Positions 18,834 through 29,070 of a stretch of 64,000 nucleotides of DNA are shown here, piece after piece. Both the position numbers and the translations under genes were made by a program. Each line of letters starts with the position of its first letter. The stretch's first letter is position 1. The notes under the pieces were generated by a model. It saw only the letters and a program-made list of their open reading frames with translations. It made no database searches and was not told where the DNA came from. The stretch is from an uncultured Methanoregulaceae archaeon (lineage in GTDB: Archaea; Halobacteriota; Methanomicrobia; Methanomicrobiales; Methanospirillaceae), in NCBI GenBank assembly GCA_963717525.1, contig OY970343.1, positions 2,112,001 through 2,176,000 on the forward strand. The letters run 5' to 3'.

Positions 18834-20357
18834 ATGAGATTTTTCACGTGCATCCTGCTCGTCGCCGTCCTCGGTACTGCACTCCTGCTCACCAGCGTTG
18901 CTGCGGATACAACGGCGGGGAACGGCAGTGGTTATATCACGGTTATCAACCTGCCGGTAGCCGGTTTTTACACCAGTATCCGGTACGGCCCGCCTCCGTT
19001 TACGGTCAGTTTTGCCGATACATCCCAGGGTTTCCAGCCCATGACCTATCACTGGGACTTTGGCGACGGCACAAACTCGGCGATGCAGAACCCGACGCAT
19101 ACCTATCTTTCCAGCGGTGAATATACCGTCAGTCTGACCGTGACCAACCAGTTCGGTTCGGGTACCAGAACGGTTGCGGATTTCATCTGGGCAGGTTACC
19201 CCCCCGAAGCGAACTTTTCCGCTTTACCCTCAGAAGGAATTATCCCGCTCACGGTCGCATTTACGGATCTTTCAAAGAACACGCCCGCTGACTGGACGTG
19301 GGACTTTGGCGACGGCACCACCTCCTCGGAACAGAACCCGGTTCATACCTATACTCAGACCGGCATCTATGATGTCAGGTTAAAAGTGAGCAGCGACTTT
19401 GGCAGTGACGCGCTCTCCCGGACACATTACATCAATGCAAGCCTTCCGGCCCCGGTTCCGGTCCCCGTCCCGGTAACCCCGGTGAAGGCTCATGCCGGCG
19501 GGATCGTCGGCCTGATCCAGGATGCAAAAGGCACTACCGATAAGAACCTCCCCACTGCAGCATTTATCCCGCCGCAGTTTATGGCCCTCGCTGCGGTGCT
19601 GACGAGCCTTGCCGTGGTATTCATACAGTTCCTCCTTGTCCATATCGGTTCCCTTGCCCAGCTTGGTGCAAAAGTGGCCAAGTTCTTTGCCGATCTTGCC
19701 GGAGGCCATGCAATCGAGAAGATCAGTGACAAAGAGATTGAAGCCCGGGAGATCAAAGCAGAGAGACGGGAACGACCGTTCTTCGGTCTTTCTGCCGTCG
19801 AGATCCTTGTCCTTGAGGCCGCCGTCATTATGGTGGCAGTGGCCTTCCTGCTCGCCGATCGAGCTGCCCTGACCCTGCAGATGGTACTTATCTACATTCT
19901 TGTCGGTGCGGTATCGGTCATACTGCACGATTTTGCCCACCGGTATTTCGCAAACCGATACGGCCATGACACCGATATCCAGTTCTGGGGCCTTGGCACC
20001 GTCATCATGTTCCTGACTGCCTGGCTCTACGGAAATGCATTTGCCCAGTCCTACCGGAACATCGTGGAACGGGATGAGGATGCGGAGGAGACACGCGAGC
20101 TGGGAATCGAGATGGTCGCAGGACCTGTTATCAGTATCGTCCTGACGCTGGTCTTCCTGTTCATGGTACAATTTGGAGGGATCTGGGCAATCGCCGGCGG
20201 CCTGGGCTTTTCCATCAACCTCATCACCGCGGTCTACAGCCTGATACCCATCTCCACGATGGACGGAAGTGCCATCTGGAAGTGGAACCGCGCCCTCTAC
20301 CTCGTGCTGTTCATTCCGCTGGTTGCGTTTTATTTCTTTACGTATATGCTCGTGTGA
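18834..20357 (+). CDS. Two PKD domains fused to an M50 peptidase-like membrane domain
   Basis: Signal peptide; two WDFGDG..QNP.HTY PKD repeats; LHDFAH, AGP, SLIPISTMDG. Confidence 0.85.
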   Translation: MRFFTCILLVAVLGTALLLTSVAADTTAGNGSGYITVINLPVAGFYTSIRYGPPPFTVSFADTSQGFQPMTYHWDFGDGTNSAMQNPTHTYLSSGEYTVSLTVTNQFGSGTRTVADFIWAGYPPEANFSALPSEGIIPLTVAFTDLSKNTPADWTWDFGDGTTSSEQNPVHTYTQTGIYDVRLKVSSDFGSDALSRTHYINASLPAPVPVPVPVTPVKAHAGGIVGLIQDAKGTTDKNLPTAAFIPPQFMALAAVLTSLAVVFIQFLLVHIGSLAQLGAKVAKFFADLAGGHAIEKISDKEIEAREIKAERRERPFFGLSAVEILVLEAAVIMVAVAFLLADRAALTLQMVLIYILVGAVSVILHDFAHRYFANRYGHDTDIQFWGLGTVIMFLTAWLYGNAFAQSYRNIVERDEDAEETRELGIEMVAGPVISIVLTLVFLFMVQFGGIWAIAGGLGFSINLITAVYSLIPISTMDGSAIWKWNRALYLVLFIPLVAFYFFTYMLV

Positions 20358-20396
20358 TGTCGGTCACCATCATATCAGGGAATATGAGGAATAGTG

Positions 20397-21134
20397 TTAC
20401 GATGAGAGTACAGCCTGGATAGTCCAGGGGCCACCTGCATTCACATCGAGATAATACTTTCCCGCGTTCAGTTTCTGGGTACTTATCACGGAACTGGTGC
20501 CGATCTTGTTTGCAAGGAGCGCGACACGGCTGCCCACGCTGTCCGTGAGCCAGACGATGAAATTACTCTGGCCGGAGTAGTCCAGGGTAAATACCCACAG
20601 GCCGGTCCCGCTTGCGGTGAAGGGAACCACCATGCTCCCGTTCCCGGCAAAGGCCGCTGTTGAAGCACTCGTCGTTCCCTGGTAGAGCGAGTATATGATG
20701 CCGGAGGCCGATTGTTTGGTTAAGGTGTTGGATGCCGGGGAGTAGACCCAGATAGTCTTATCCCCATTGTCCCGGGTCACGAGGTACAGGTTGTTTCCCG
20801 CTGGCTGCCACGTCCCGTTGTACATGAACCCGGGCTGGTTTGCATAGGTCTCCTGCGTCGTCCCATCCAGTCCGAACACGATTCTGAACTGGTACGCGGG
20901 CCCCGGGCTCCTCCACGTCCCGACGATGGGATCGAGGGAGAGCGAGGCCGGCAGGGAGCGGGATGATGACATCGAAATGGCATCAGGAGTAGCCGAAGGG
21001 GCGAGGACGGATACCTCTGCAGTTCCGGCTCCCATGCACCCCGCAGTAAGAATAACGCCGATACAGAGAACGGCGAGCCAGACCGGCCCGGCCGCCCGCA
21101 GGTTCCGGAGCGGGTGCTCATGTGGTTTGGTCAT
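20397..21134 (-). CDS. Putative lipoprotein
   Basis: LTAGC lipobox; DPIVGTW lipocalin-like start; C-terminal YYLDVNAGGPWTI beta domain. Confidence 0.75.
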   Translation of the reverse strand: MTKPHEHPLRNLRAAGPVWLAVLCIGVILTAGCMGAGTAEVSVLAPSATPDAISMSSSRSLPASLSLDPIVGTWRSPGPAYQFRIVFGLDGTTQETYANQPGFMYNGTWQPAGNNLYLVTRDNGDKTIWVYSPASNTLTKQSASGIIYSLYQGTTSASTAAFAGNGSMVVPFTASGTGLWVFTLDYSGQSNFIVWLTDSVGSRVALLANKIGTSSVISTQKLNAGKYYLDVNAGGPWTIQAVLSS

Positions 21135-21345
21135 TCCCGGGTTACTACTCCCTTTGTAAGCAGATACGTTGTCGCCCGGGCTTTTGAGTACTTTCCGGTG
21201 ATGTAACCTCGAGGTTATATCAATGAAACCAGCGGTTATCCCTGATCCGGGGCGAATGTAACGAAATGGTGGGCATTTTTGCTCACCGATAGTGCGCTAT
21301 GCCGGAATGGGCAGCCTTTTGTAGGTGCGCCGGCAACCAAACCGT

Positions 21346-22247
21346 GTGGACTCCCTTACCCATGCGCTGATCGCCGCGATCCTTGCGTACGCGCTCGGCT
21401 TTCCGCAGCTCCTGCCATTTGTGGTACTTGGAGCAGTCATCATCGATGCCGACATCCTCTTCTCGCTCCTCTCCCGCCACCACCCTTCGCTCTACCTCTT
21501 CATCCACGGCGGGATAGCCCACAGCTTCGCGGGCGCAGTCGTGATGGCCGTCCTCGCGTATGCCGGTATCGCGCTCGTCACTCTCACCGGGTTCATAAGC
21601 CCGGCCCAATCATGGGCGCCGGGCCGCTGGCTTTGCGGCTGTGCTGGCCGGTGCATTCCTGCACCTCGCTATGGACCTCCCGGCAACCCCAGGCATCCCG
21701 CTTCTTGCCCCGTTATCTGACCGGAAATACGCATTTTTCGTTCTTCCGGGCCCGAGCATTTTCCTGATGGCGTTAAGCCTCTTCTTTGTGATTTGGATGG
21801 CGCTGGGCGTTGTCACGCTCGCTGAAGGGATGGTGGTGTACGTGGTGATCTTCTGCTCATTCCTGCTCGTCCGGGTGATAGCGTTTTGTGCATCCCGCCC
21901 GGCACTCCGCGGTGCAACGCGTGCGATCCCCCAGGTAAATCCTCTCCGGTGGCTTGCGTTGTATGATACCGGTGATATGTGGACGGTTCAGGAATACCGG
22001 GTCGGCTCGGGGTTTTCCGGGCGTACAGGTCTATCCCAGATTCAAACACACGTCCAAGGAAGAGGTCGCCCCATACCTCGCACTTCCTGAAGTACAACGA
22101 CTGCGGTACCACTCCTCCATAGTGACTGCTGAGAGAGATGGCGACGCCATCACGTTTTCCGACCCGCTCCGGGTCTCGGGAAGGATCTTCTATCCCCCTC
22201 ACTACAAGCAGGTCCGGGTCGCAGCCGGAGATCTGGCATCTGGTTGA
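21346..22247 (+). CDS. Membrane metal-dependent hydrolase (YdjM-like); frameshifts near 21620 and 22020
   Basis: DSLTHAL, DADI, HGGIAHS, HLAMD across three consecutive reading frames. Confidence 0.8.
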
Positions 22248-22352
22248 TCTTCGGGACAATGGGATGAAAAACACACCGGTATTTCCGGTTCCCTTTGGGA
22301 ATCGCCGTTCTTTTATACCGGTAACGCCGCACCTGTACCCGGGCATATACGC

Positions 22353-23183
22353 ATGGACAGGGCAGAATACGTCCACGGATATTCGGAAAGGGAAGCGGAA
22401 CGGCTGAGCGACCAGGCCCGCACCCTGACCTCCCTTCTCCACCACGACACCCGGTACCCTGCCGGGAGCCGCGTGCTCGAAGCCGGCTGCGGTACCGGCG
22501 CCCAGACGGTCATCCTTGCGCGGAACAGTCCCGGTGCGGAGATCACGTCAATAGATATCTCCCCCGGATCGATCCGGCATGCACAGGAACGGGTGCGGGC
22601 TGAGGGGATCACGAACGTGACGTTTCAGGCCGGGGATCTCTTCAGCCTCCCGTTTGCCCCGGCAAGTTTCGATCACATTTTCGTCTGCTTCGTGCTTGAA
22701 CACCTTCCCGATCCGAAAAGGGCGCTTACGTCCCTTCGCCCCCTCATCAGGCCGGGCGGCACAATCACCGTGATCGAAGGCGATCACGGGTCGGCATATT
22801 TCCATCCCGACAGCGCAGGGGCGCATAGGGCAATCCGGTGCCTGATCGATCTCCAGCGGGAGGCAGGGGGCAATGCACTCGTCGGCCGGGAACTCTGCCC
22901 GCTGCTTATTTCCGCCGGATACGCGGATGTGCAGGTCTCGCCCCGCATGGTGTATGTCGATGCGTCACGGCCGGTGCTCGTTGATGGGTTTACCCGTCAG
23001 ACCTTCACCGCGATGGTCGAAGGGGTCAGGGACACAGTGCTCGGGAGGGGCATGATGACAAAGGATGAATGGGAGAGGGCAATCGCGGACCTGTACCGCA
23101 CCTGCGAACCGGACGGTGTATTCTGTTATACCTTTTTCAAAGCTACCGGGACCGCTGCAGTACACAAAGATTGCCGCACCTGA
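22353..23183 (+). CDS. Class I SAM-dependent methyltransferase
   Basis: VLEAGCGTG, SFDHIF, LIRPGG. Confidence 0.92.
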   Translation: MDRAEYVHGYSEREAERLSDQARTLTSLLHHDTRYPAGSRVLEAGCGTGAQTVILARNSPGAEITSIDISPGSIRHAQERVRAEGITNVTFQAGDLFSLPFAPASFDHIFVCFVLEHLPDPKRALTSLRPLIRPGGTITVIEGDHGSAYFHPDSAGAHRAIRCLIDLQREAGGNALVGRELCPLLISAGYADVQVSPRMVYVDASRPVLVDGFTRQTFTAMVEGVRDTVLGRGMMTKDEWERAIADLYRTCEPDGVFCYTFFKATGTAAVHKDCRT

Positions 23184-23333
23184 TTTTGGGGTATTGGATC
23201 TACCTTCATCTCTGGCTTGACGGGAACCATGGAAGGGCAGGTGCGGAGGATGGATACGCTGTTACCACATTCACCCCACCTGCCCACCGGTATAAATGGG
23301 CAGACGACCCACACGAATGAGGACAGTCACGTT

Positions 23334-23588
23334 ATGGACACTATCACGCTCGTCGGTTTTATTGCCGGGACACTCACGACGGTCGCTTACGTTCCGCAGG
23401 TTGTCCGGAGCTGGCGGCTCAGGGAGACAAGGGACATCTCGCTCTCCATGCTCGTGCTCTACGCAGCCGGGGTCTTTCTCTGGCTCGTGTACGGGGTCTG
23501 GGCAAACGCTCTCCCCATCATCGGGGCAAATGGCATCTCGCTTGTCCTGATCCTCGTCCTGCTCGGAATCAAGCTGCGGTACCGGTGA
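23334..23588 (+). CDS. SemiSWEET/PQ-loop transporter
   Basis: AYVPQVVRSW, RDIS, LWLVYG, PIIGAN. Confidence 0.9.
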   Translation: MDTITLVGFIAGTLTTVAYVPQVVRSWRLRETRDISLSMLVLYAAGVFLWLVYGVWANALPIIGANGISLVLILVLLGIKLRYR

Positions 23589-23639
23589 GGACGACAAAGA
23601 ACCGTCTTTTACGGCTTTTTTACGATTGAAAAAAGTGAT

Positions 23640-24329
23640 TTATTCCTGAAGGAGTACGACGCAGCCGGTGACCTTGTCATGGAGCCCCTGCCGCTTCTTC
23701 GTGAGACCAATAACCAGGATGTTTGCGATGATGAGGATCACGGCGATGATGATACCTGCCATAAGCACATTGATCAGATACCCCAGAAGAATGAAGATTG
23801 CCGGGATGAACACGAAAAAGAACAGAAGGCCGACAAACCGGAGCGTTGCCTGGGCAAAAGAGAGCCGATTGCCTTCAAGGTCAGTCACTTCGAGGCGCAT
23901 GAGGACTTTGCCCGGGGTGGCCTGTCCCCGCGAGGACTCAAAGCCTGCATAGTAAAGCCAGGGAACGACGATGACGAGAAGTCCGACCGCGGCAACGATC
24001 GGGCCAAGGGCCGCTATAGGTGTTCCCGCTTCGGTGAGGGAAGAGATCGGCGCGTGGGCAGCCACGATATAGTAGAGGTACATGATCCCGTTTGCCTGGT
24101 TGAAAAACGCAACCACGATGATGCCGAACAGGGCGATAAGGATAAAGTCGACGATAAATGCGACGAACCGCCGCCCGAGACCGGCGTACACCCCGATCTC
24201 GGGGGCTTCTTCAGCCTCGGGTGATGCCATGATTGCCGGCCCTTGGGGAACTGCATCTATCGGTGCCCCGCACCACTGGCAGAATTGTCCGGAAGCGTCA
24301 GTCTCTTTCCCACATTTTGGACAGAACAT
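23640..24329 (-). CDS. Zinc-ribbon RDD family membrane protein
   Basis: CPKCG..CQWCG, RRFVAFIVD, QGLHDKV. Confidence 0.9.
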   Translation of the reverse strand: MFCPKCGKETDASGQFCQWCGAPIDAVPQGPAIMASPEAEEAPEIGVYAGLGRRFVAFIVDFILIALFGIIVVAFFNQANGIMYLYYIVAAHAPISSLTEAGTPIAALGPIVAAVGLLVIVVPWLYYAGFESSRGQATPGKVLMRLEVTDLEGNRLSFAQATLRFVGLLFFFVFIPAIFILLGYLINVLMAGIIIAVILIIANILVIGLTKKRQGLHDKVTGCVVLLQE

Positions 24330-24537
24330 TCCTCTTACTCCTGATAGGTAAAGTTAATCCGGGTGTCCTTTTTAATTTAACTGTTCTTATTTCGATTTCC
24401 GGAGGATTTTTTCCAGATCCCTGCAGGAAAATGGCAGATCTTTTTCGTTCTGCACATTGGATGCCCGTCTTTTTGTATCCTGCCGGCAGAAAGGCATGAA
24501 CACAAACCAGAAATATTCCCGGATGAAAGGGTTATCC

Positions 24538-25065
24538 ATGAGATACCTGATCCCCGCTGCTGCCTGTAGTGCGCTTTTGTTCTGTGCGCTGTTTGCCGGG
24601 TGCACGAGCCCGACCCAGGCCCAGATCCAGCCGGTCGGAACCACCGTCATGACCCCGGTGCCGGAGAGCCCCCAAGAAACCGTCGCCCCCGTTGCCACCA
24701 CGTTTGAATCGATCGTCCCGCTTCCCGCAAACCAGATGATCTATCTCTCGCTGACCAAGGACCGGCCTACCGGCAATATCATTTTGCAATGCAGCGGAGG
24801 ACCCGGCATGAGCTCAGCCCAGGTCATTGATCTCACGGTCACCCGGGCAGACGGGACCGTGGAGGATAAGCAGCTGACGAATGCCAACGATGCCGGCCAG
24901 ATTTCCAGCGACGCCTCGATCACCCTGCCGGGCACGCTCGGCGGCACCGATCATGCCAAAGTGCATGTCACCATCGGGGGCAATGTCTTTCTGGTCATCG
25001 ACCAGACCCTGACCTCCACTAACCCCTACTCTTCTACGAACTCTTCCCTCAACTTCAACTCCTGA
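24538..25065 (+). CDS. Putative lipoprotein
   Basis: LFAGC lipobox, T/P-rich linker, GGPG motif. Confidence 0.75.
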   Translation: MRYLIPAAACSALLFCALFAGCTSPTQAQIQPVGTTVMTPVPESPQETVAPVATTFESIVPLPANQMIYLSLTKDRPTGNIILQCSGGPGMSSAQVIDLTVTRADGTVEDKQLTNANDAGQISSDASITLPGTLGGTDHAKVHVTIGGNVFLVIDQTLTSTNPYSSTNSSLNFNS

Positions 25066-25086
25066 TCTTTTTTACCATCCCCCTGC

Positions 25087-26166
25087 TCATTTCCCTGACT
25101 GCTCCCGCCAGATCCGGCCGGCGTACTTCTGCATCCCGTACCCGAGCACGAGCACGGCAAGACCGATAGCACCAAGAACGACCCATTGCTCTGCGCCTGC
25201 CGCCCCGACCGAGAGCCGGGCAACCAGGTTGAGCGGGTTGTAGGGCAGGGCGAGAACGAAAAGCAGGATGACGACAAGAGCGGTTGAAAAGACGAACTGC
25301 GCTGCTGTCCGCTCCCGGTAGTGAAGGGCGCAGATGGCCCCAAGAAGGATCAGGAGTGATGAGGCGAGGGTGACGTGGAGAAGGATGAGGCCGGGGTTCG
25401 CGATGGCGATCCGGTTTGCAGAGAGGAGGAGGATCCATGCCCCTGCCTGGACCGGGACAAGGATGACACAGGTGAGCACCTTGCCCCAGACCATTTCCGC
25501 AAAGGTAACAGGTGTAGAAATGAGTGTCTCCAGCGTCCCGTGCTGGTACTCCTCGGTGACGAGATCGATGACGAGTGCCGCGGAGAGGATCCCCGGCAGG
25601 AAGACAAGGAGCGGAACCAGAAGACCGTACACGAACCCGAAGAAATCGCCGCTGCCGGCCGAGGCCGGGACCTGGAGCGGGATCGGTGTCACATCAAGAC
25701 GGCCGGCCCGGACCGTCCGCAGGTCCTGCTCGTACTGGAGAAAGACAGATTTCAGCCTCACGTCAACGACCGCTCCCTGGAGATCGTCTGTCAGAGTGTA
25801 GAGCGTAATCTTTACCGGGTCATCAGAATCGGGCCGGGTGTCCGGGACGTACAGGACCGCGGAGAGCCTGCGCTCTTTTAAGAGTTCGATCGCGGTCGAG
25901 AGGTCCATCTGGTGCACCCGCAGGGCCGTATTGCCCTCCAGGTACCCGAGAAGCGGGGTCTCGTTTCCCGCGTACGCGATGTCGTATCGGAAGTGGGAAT
26001 ATCCCGAGAGGGCTGCCGGGTCGTACATGGAGGTAAGCCCAACCATGAGAAACGATGAAAAGAGCGCGATGAAGACCTGGAGCAGGACGGCAAGGAGGAT
26101 CGTCTTTTCGGATGCGAGCCCGCGGAACTCTTTTTTTGCAACAACTGCGATGTGCCGGGCTTTCAT
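25087..26166 (-). CDS. ABC-2 type transporter permease
   Basis: KKEFR, TEEYQHGTLETLISTPV, GKVL; ATGA overlap with the upstream permease. Confidence 0.88.
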   Translation of the reverse strand: MKARHIAVVAKKEFRGLASEKTILLAVLLQVFIALFSSFLMVGLTSMYDPAALSGYSHFRYDIAYAGNETPLLGYLEGNTALRVHQMDLSTAIELLKERRLSAVLYVPDTRPDSDDPVKITLYTLTDDLQGAVVDVRLKSVFLQYEQDLRTVRAGRLDVTPIPLQVPASAGSGDFFGFVYGLLVPLLVFLPGILSAALVIDLVTEEYQHGTLETLISTPVTFAEMVWGKVLTCVILVPVQAGAWILLLSANRIAIANPGLILLHVTLASSLLILLGAICALHYRERTAAQFVFSTALVVILLFVLALPYNPLNLVARLSVGAAGAEQWVVLGAIGLAVLVLGYGMQKYAGRIWREQSGK

Positions 26167-27968
26167 CGGATCCACCCCAGGATATACAGGTTATAGCAGC
26201 AGTGGAGCACGGTCGCGGCAATAAGGCCGGGCAGGAGCCCTTTTCTTCCTCCCGCCTTGAGCGAGCAGGCAACAATGAGGACACAGGCAAAGTGGAGCAG
26301 GAGGGGCATCCAGAGCACCCCCAGCGACAAAAAGAGGACACTCCCGAAGACGGATTCGGTGATCTGGGTAAGCGTTGCAAAGAGGAGCAGTTTTTCCCCC
26401 ACGAGGAACCCGATAGCTGTAGCGGCACAGGCCAGGATCAGGTTCTTCCACGAGAAGAAGGAAGGGTCCCGCACAAAGAGTGTGTAGATACCGGCCGTCT
26501 TTGCCATCTCCTCGATGAGCGCTGCAAGCACGAGCAGGAGCACGAGCGAGTACGGCATGGGCAGGTTGAAGAAGACGACAAGGCCCATCATCTGGGCCAT
26601 GAAAACAAACGGGATCGAGAAGACGGCAAGCAGAAAGAGCGCCGCATACGGGTGCTGCTGCGGGATTATGCCGGAAACGAACTCGCGGATCCGGGGCAGG
26701 AACTTCTTTTCGGAGAAGAGGCGTTCCTCGTTGAAATTCTGTGCCGCGATATAGAAGAGTACGGCAGCGGTCAGCCAGAAGAGTGCGGTGGCATAGACGT
26801 AATCCGAAACCGTCCAGGCGGTTCCCTGGATCGTGAGCACGATCAGCGTAAGCGGGGAGACGAGGCTTATCACGTGGACGTTTGCAAAGATGCTGGGGAA
26901 GAAGAGGTATGAGGTAGCAACGGTGGAAAAGAAGATGGAGATGAATGAGAGCTCCTTGAAACTCCGGGCGAGCATCCCGATGACAAGGGCGTTTGCGAGA
27001 AAGAAGATGATGATCGGGATGAGAGGCAGGAGGACAAGCGGCGAGGCCCTGATGTAGAGCGTGATCCCGGCGCAGATCGCAAGCATCCCGAGGAAGTACG
27101 GGAGCATCTTTCCGATAATGATGGACGAGGTCTTCACCGGCAGGGAGAGGAGGGGCTCACCCTGTCGTTCTATCCGCTCGTTCATGATGCTCATCATGAA
27201 AAATTGCGAGGTGAAGTAGAGCGGGAAGATGAAGACAAAGACGAGGATGATCGAATCGAAGGGAAGAGGTGGCGAGAGCTGGTCCGGGGTCACAAACGAT
27301 CCCATGGCGGCCTGCCCCGGGGAGAGCACATCCGTGTACCGGGAGACCTGGGTGTTCTCCTGCGACGATGTGGCCAGTTCCTGCCGGAGATTGTCCTGCG
27401 TGACGCCGAGCGTGGGTGAGGGTGTGGGGACGTTTTCTACGGGGCCCTGCGGTACCGGCGGTCCCCGCCCGGGCGCCACCTGGATAAACTGGCCGTTCTG
27501 GGGGGCAGAGAAGTTGAGCTCGCTCTCCACCGACTGGGTATCGATCCAGAGCGGGTACGCGGCAAAGAGGTCGCTCTCGTTCGCGTAGACGCTGTTTTTG
27601 TACTGCACATAGTCCCGTTCGAGAACGTTTTCCGCCGACAGCCCCTTTTCCGTCGGGCTTGCGGAGATGACACCTTTGATTATAACAAGATCGTACACCC
27701 CGTTGTTGCCGGCAAGTTCGGGATCGCTTGCCTGGTAAACCGTGAACCGTGCATCGGATGCAAAGATGGCGGCGACCTTGGGATCGTCGACACCGATCCG
27801 GTACATCCCGTCCTGGATATGCAGGCCGCTCTCCGCGGCAAAACCGGTGACAAGGATAAGGAGCACAAAAAGGACGATCGCGACCGGCAGGATATTACGC
27901 GACATGACCGAGAAAGTCTTTTTCACTTCCCAGCGTGCGATGGTCGCAATGTTCCTGCCTGCACTCAT
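26163..27968 (-). CDS. ABC-2 permease with a C-terminal PrsW-like intramembrane protease domain
   Basis: NERIERQGEPLLSLP permease motif; IEEMAK, GFLVGEK, LLH, LHCCYN. Confidence 0.85.
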   Translation of the reverse strand: MSAGRNIATIARWEVKKTFSVMSRNILPVAIVLFVLLILVTGFAAESGLHIQDGMYRIGVDDPKVAAIFASDARFTVYQASDPELAGNNGVYDLVIIKGVISASPTEKGLSAENVLERDYVQYKNSVYANESDLFAAYPLWIDTQSVESELNFSAPQNGQFIQVAPGRGPPVPQGPVENVPTPSPTLGVTQDNLRQELATSSQENTQVSRYTDVLSPGQAAMGSFVTPDQLSPPLPFDSIILVFVFIFPLYFTSQFFMMSIMNERIERQGEPLLSLPVKTSSIIIGKMLPYFLGMLAICAGITLYIRASPLVLLPLIPIIIFFLANALVIGMLARSFKELSFISIFFSTVATSYLFFPSIFANVHVISLVSPLTLIVLTIQGTAWTVSDYVYATALFWLTAAVLFYIAAQNFNEERLFSEKKFLPRIREFVSGIIPQQHPYAALFLLAVFSIPFVFMAQMMGLVVFFNLPMPYSLVLLLVLAALIEEMAKTAGIYTLFVRDPSFFSWKNLILACAATAIGFLVGEKLLLFATLTQITESVFGSVLFLSLGVLWMPLLLHFACVLIVACSLKAGGRKGLLPGLIAATVLHCCYNLYILGWIR

Positions 27969-28139
27969 GGCTGCACCTCCGGAAAACACCGTAGATAACC
28001 AATAGGTGTGGGGAACGGACTCAAATACTGATCGGTGTTAACACGACGGCGCTCTCCACCCTGCACTCATCCCAACGTATATGTCCCCCTCCCCTCAAGT
28101 CTACAGTACAACAAAAGGCCGGCCTTCCGGGGACCTGAC

Positions 28140-29030
28140 GTGATCGCAGCAAGCAGCCTGACCAAGCGTTACGACGGATTTACCGCTCTTGACGAGGTGA
28201 GTTTTGCGTTTCCCGGCGCCGGGATCTTCGGGATCGTGGGACACAACGGGGCCGGCAAGACCACGCTGTTAAAGATCATCGCGGGGCTGGTCGCACCAAC
28301 CTCCGGCGAACTGTCAGTGAACGGGATCGATGTTGTCCACGATCCTGTGGCTCTCAAGGAGACTCTGGGCTACCTTCCCGAGGAGTCACGGCTCTACGAG
28401 ACGATGACCGCGGAGGACTATCTCGCGTTCTTCGGCGAGATCTACGGGATCGATAAAGAGGAGATCACCATCCGCACCCGCCGGCTCTTCACCGCCCTCT
28501 CTCTTGAGACCGGCGGGAAGAAGATGGGCGAGTTTAGCAAGGGCATGAAGCGCAAGACCGCGATCGCCCGCTCGCTCATCCACGACCCCTCGTTCCTGGT
28601 CTACGACGAGCCGACGAGCGGGCTCGACCCGATGACCTCACGTTTCATCGCTGGGTACTTAAAAAAACTTAAAAGTGAGGGCCGGACCATCGTGCTCTCG
28701 GCCCATAACCTGTACCAGGTCGAGGCTATCTGCGACCGGGTGATGATCCTCCGTCGCGGGAAGGTGGTGGCGCTGGGCACCATGGACGAGCTCCGCGAAC
28801 AGTTCGGCTCGATCACCTACACGATCTGGTTTGCCCACCCCGACCCTTCCCGCATCGACCGGAACACGGTACCCTACCGGCTGGATGACCGGGGACTTGC
28901 CTGCGATGCCGGGGATATGGCCGGCCTCAATGCGTGCTCTGCAGCGATCGCGGCTGCTGGCGGGAGAGTGGAACGGATCGAGTCCCGGTACCTGTCACTG
29001 GAAGAGATGCTCGTCGCGATCGGGGAGTAG
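28140..29030 (+). CDS. ABC transporter ATP-binding protein
   Basis: GHNGAGKT, FSKGM, VYDEPTSGLD. Confidence 0.93.
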   Translation: MIAASSLTKRYDGFTALDEVSFAFPGAGIFGIVGHNGAGKTTLLKIIAGLVAPTSGELSVNGIDVVHDPVALKETLGYLPEESRLYETMTAEDYLAFFGEIYGIDKEEITIRTRRLFTALSLETGGKKMGEFSKGMKRKTAIARSLIHDPSFLVYDEPTSGLDPMTSRFIAGYLKKLKSEGRTIVLSAHNLYQVEAICDRVMILRRGKVVALGTMDELREQFGSITYTIWFAHPDPSRIDRNTVPYRLDDRGLACDAGDMAGLNACSAAIAAAGGRVERIESRYLSLEEMLVAIGE

Positions 29031-29070
29031 GAAAAACGTTTTTTTATTCGCAGCCGGCAGCCGGGAGGTG

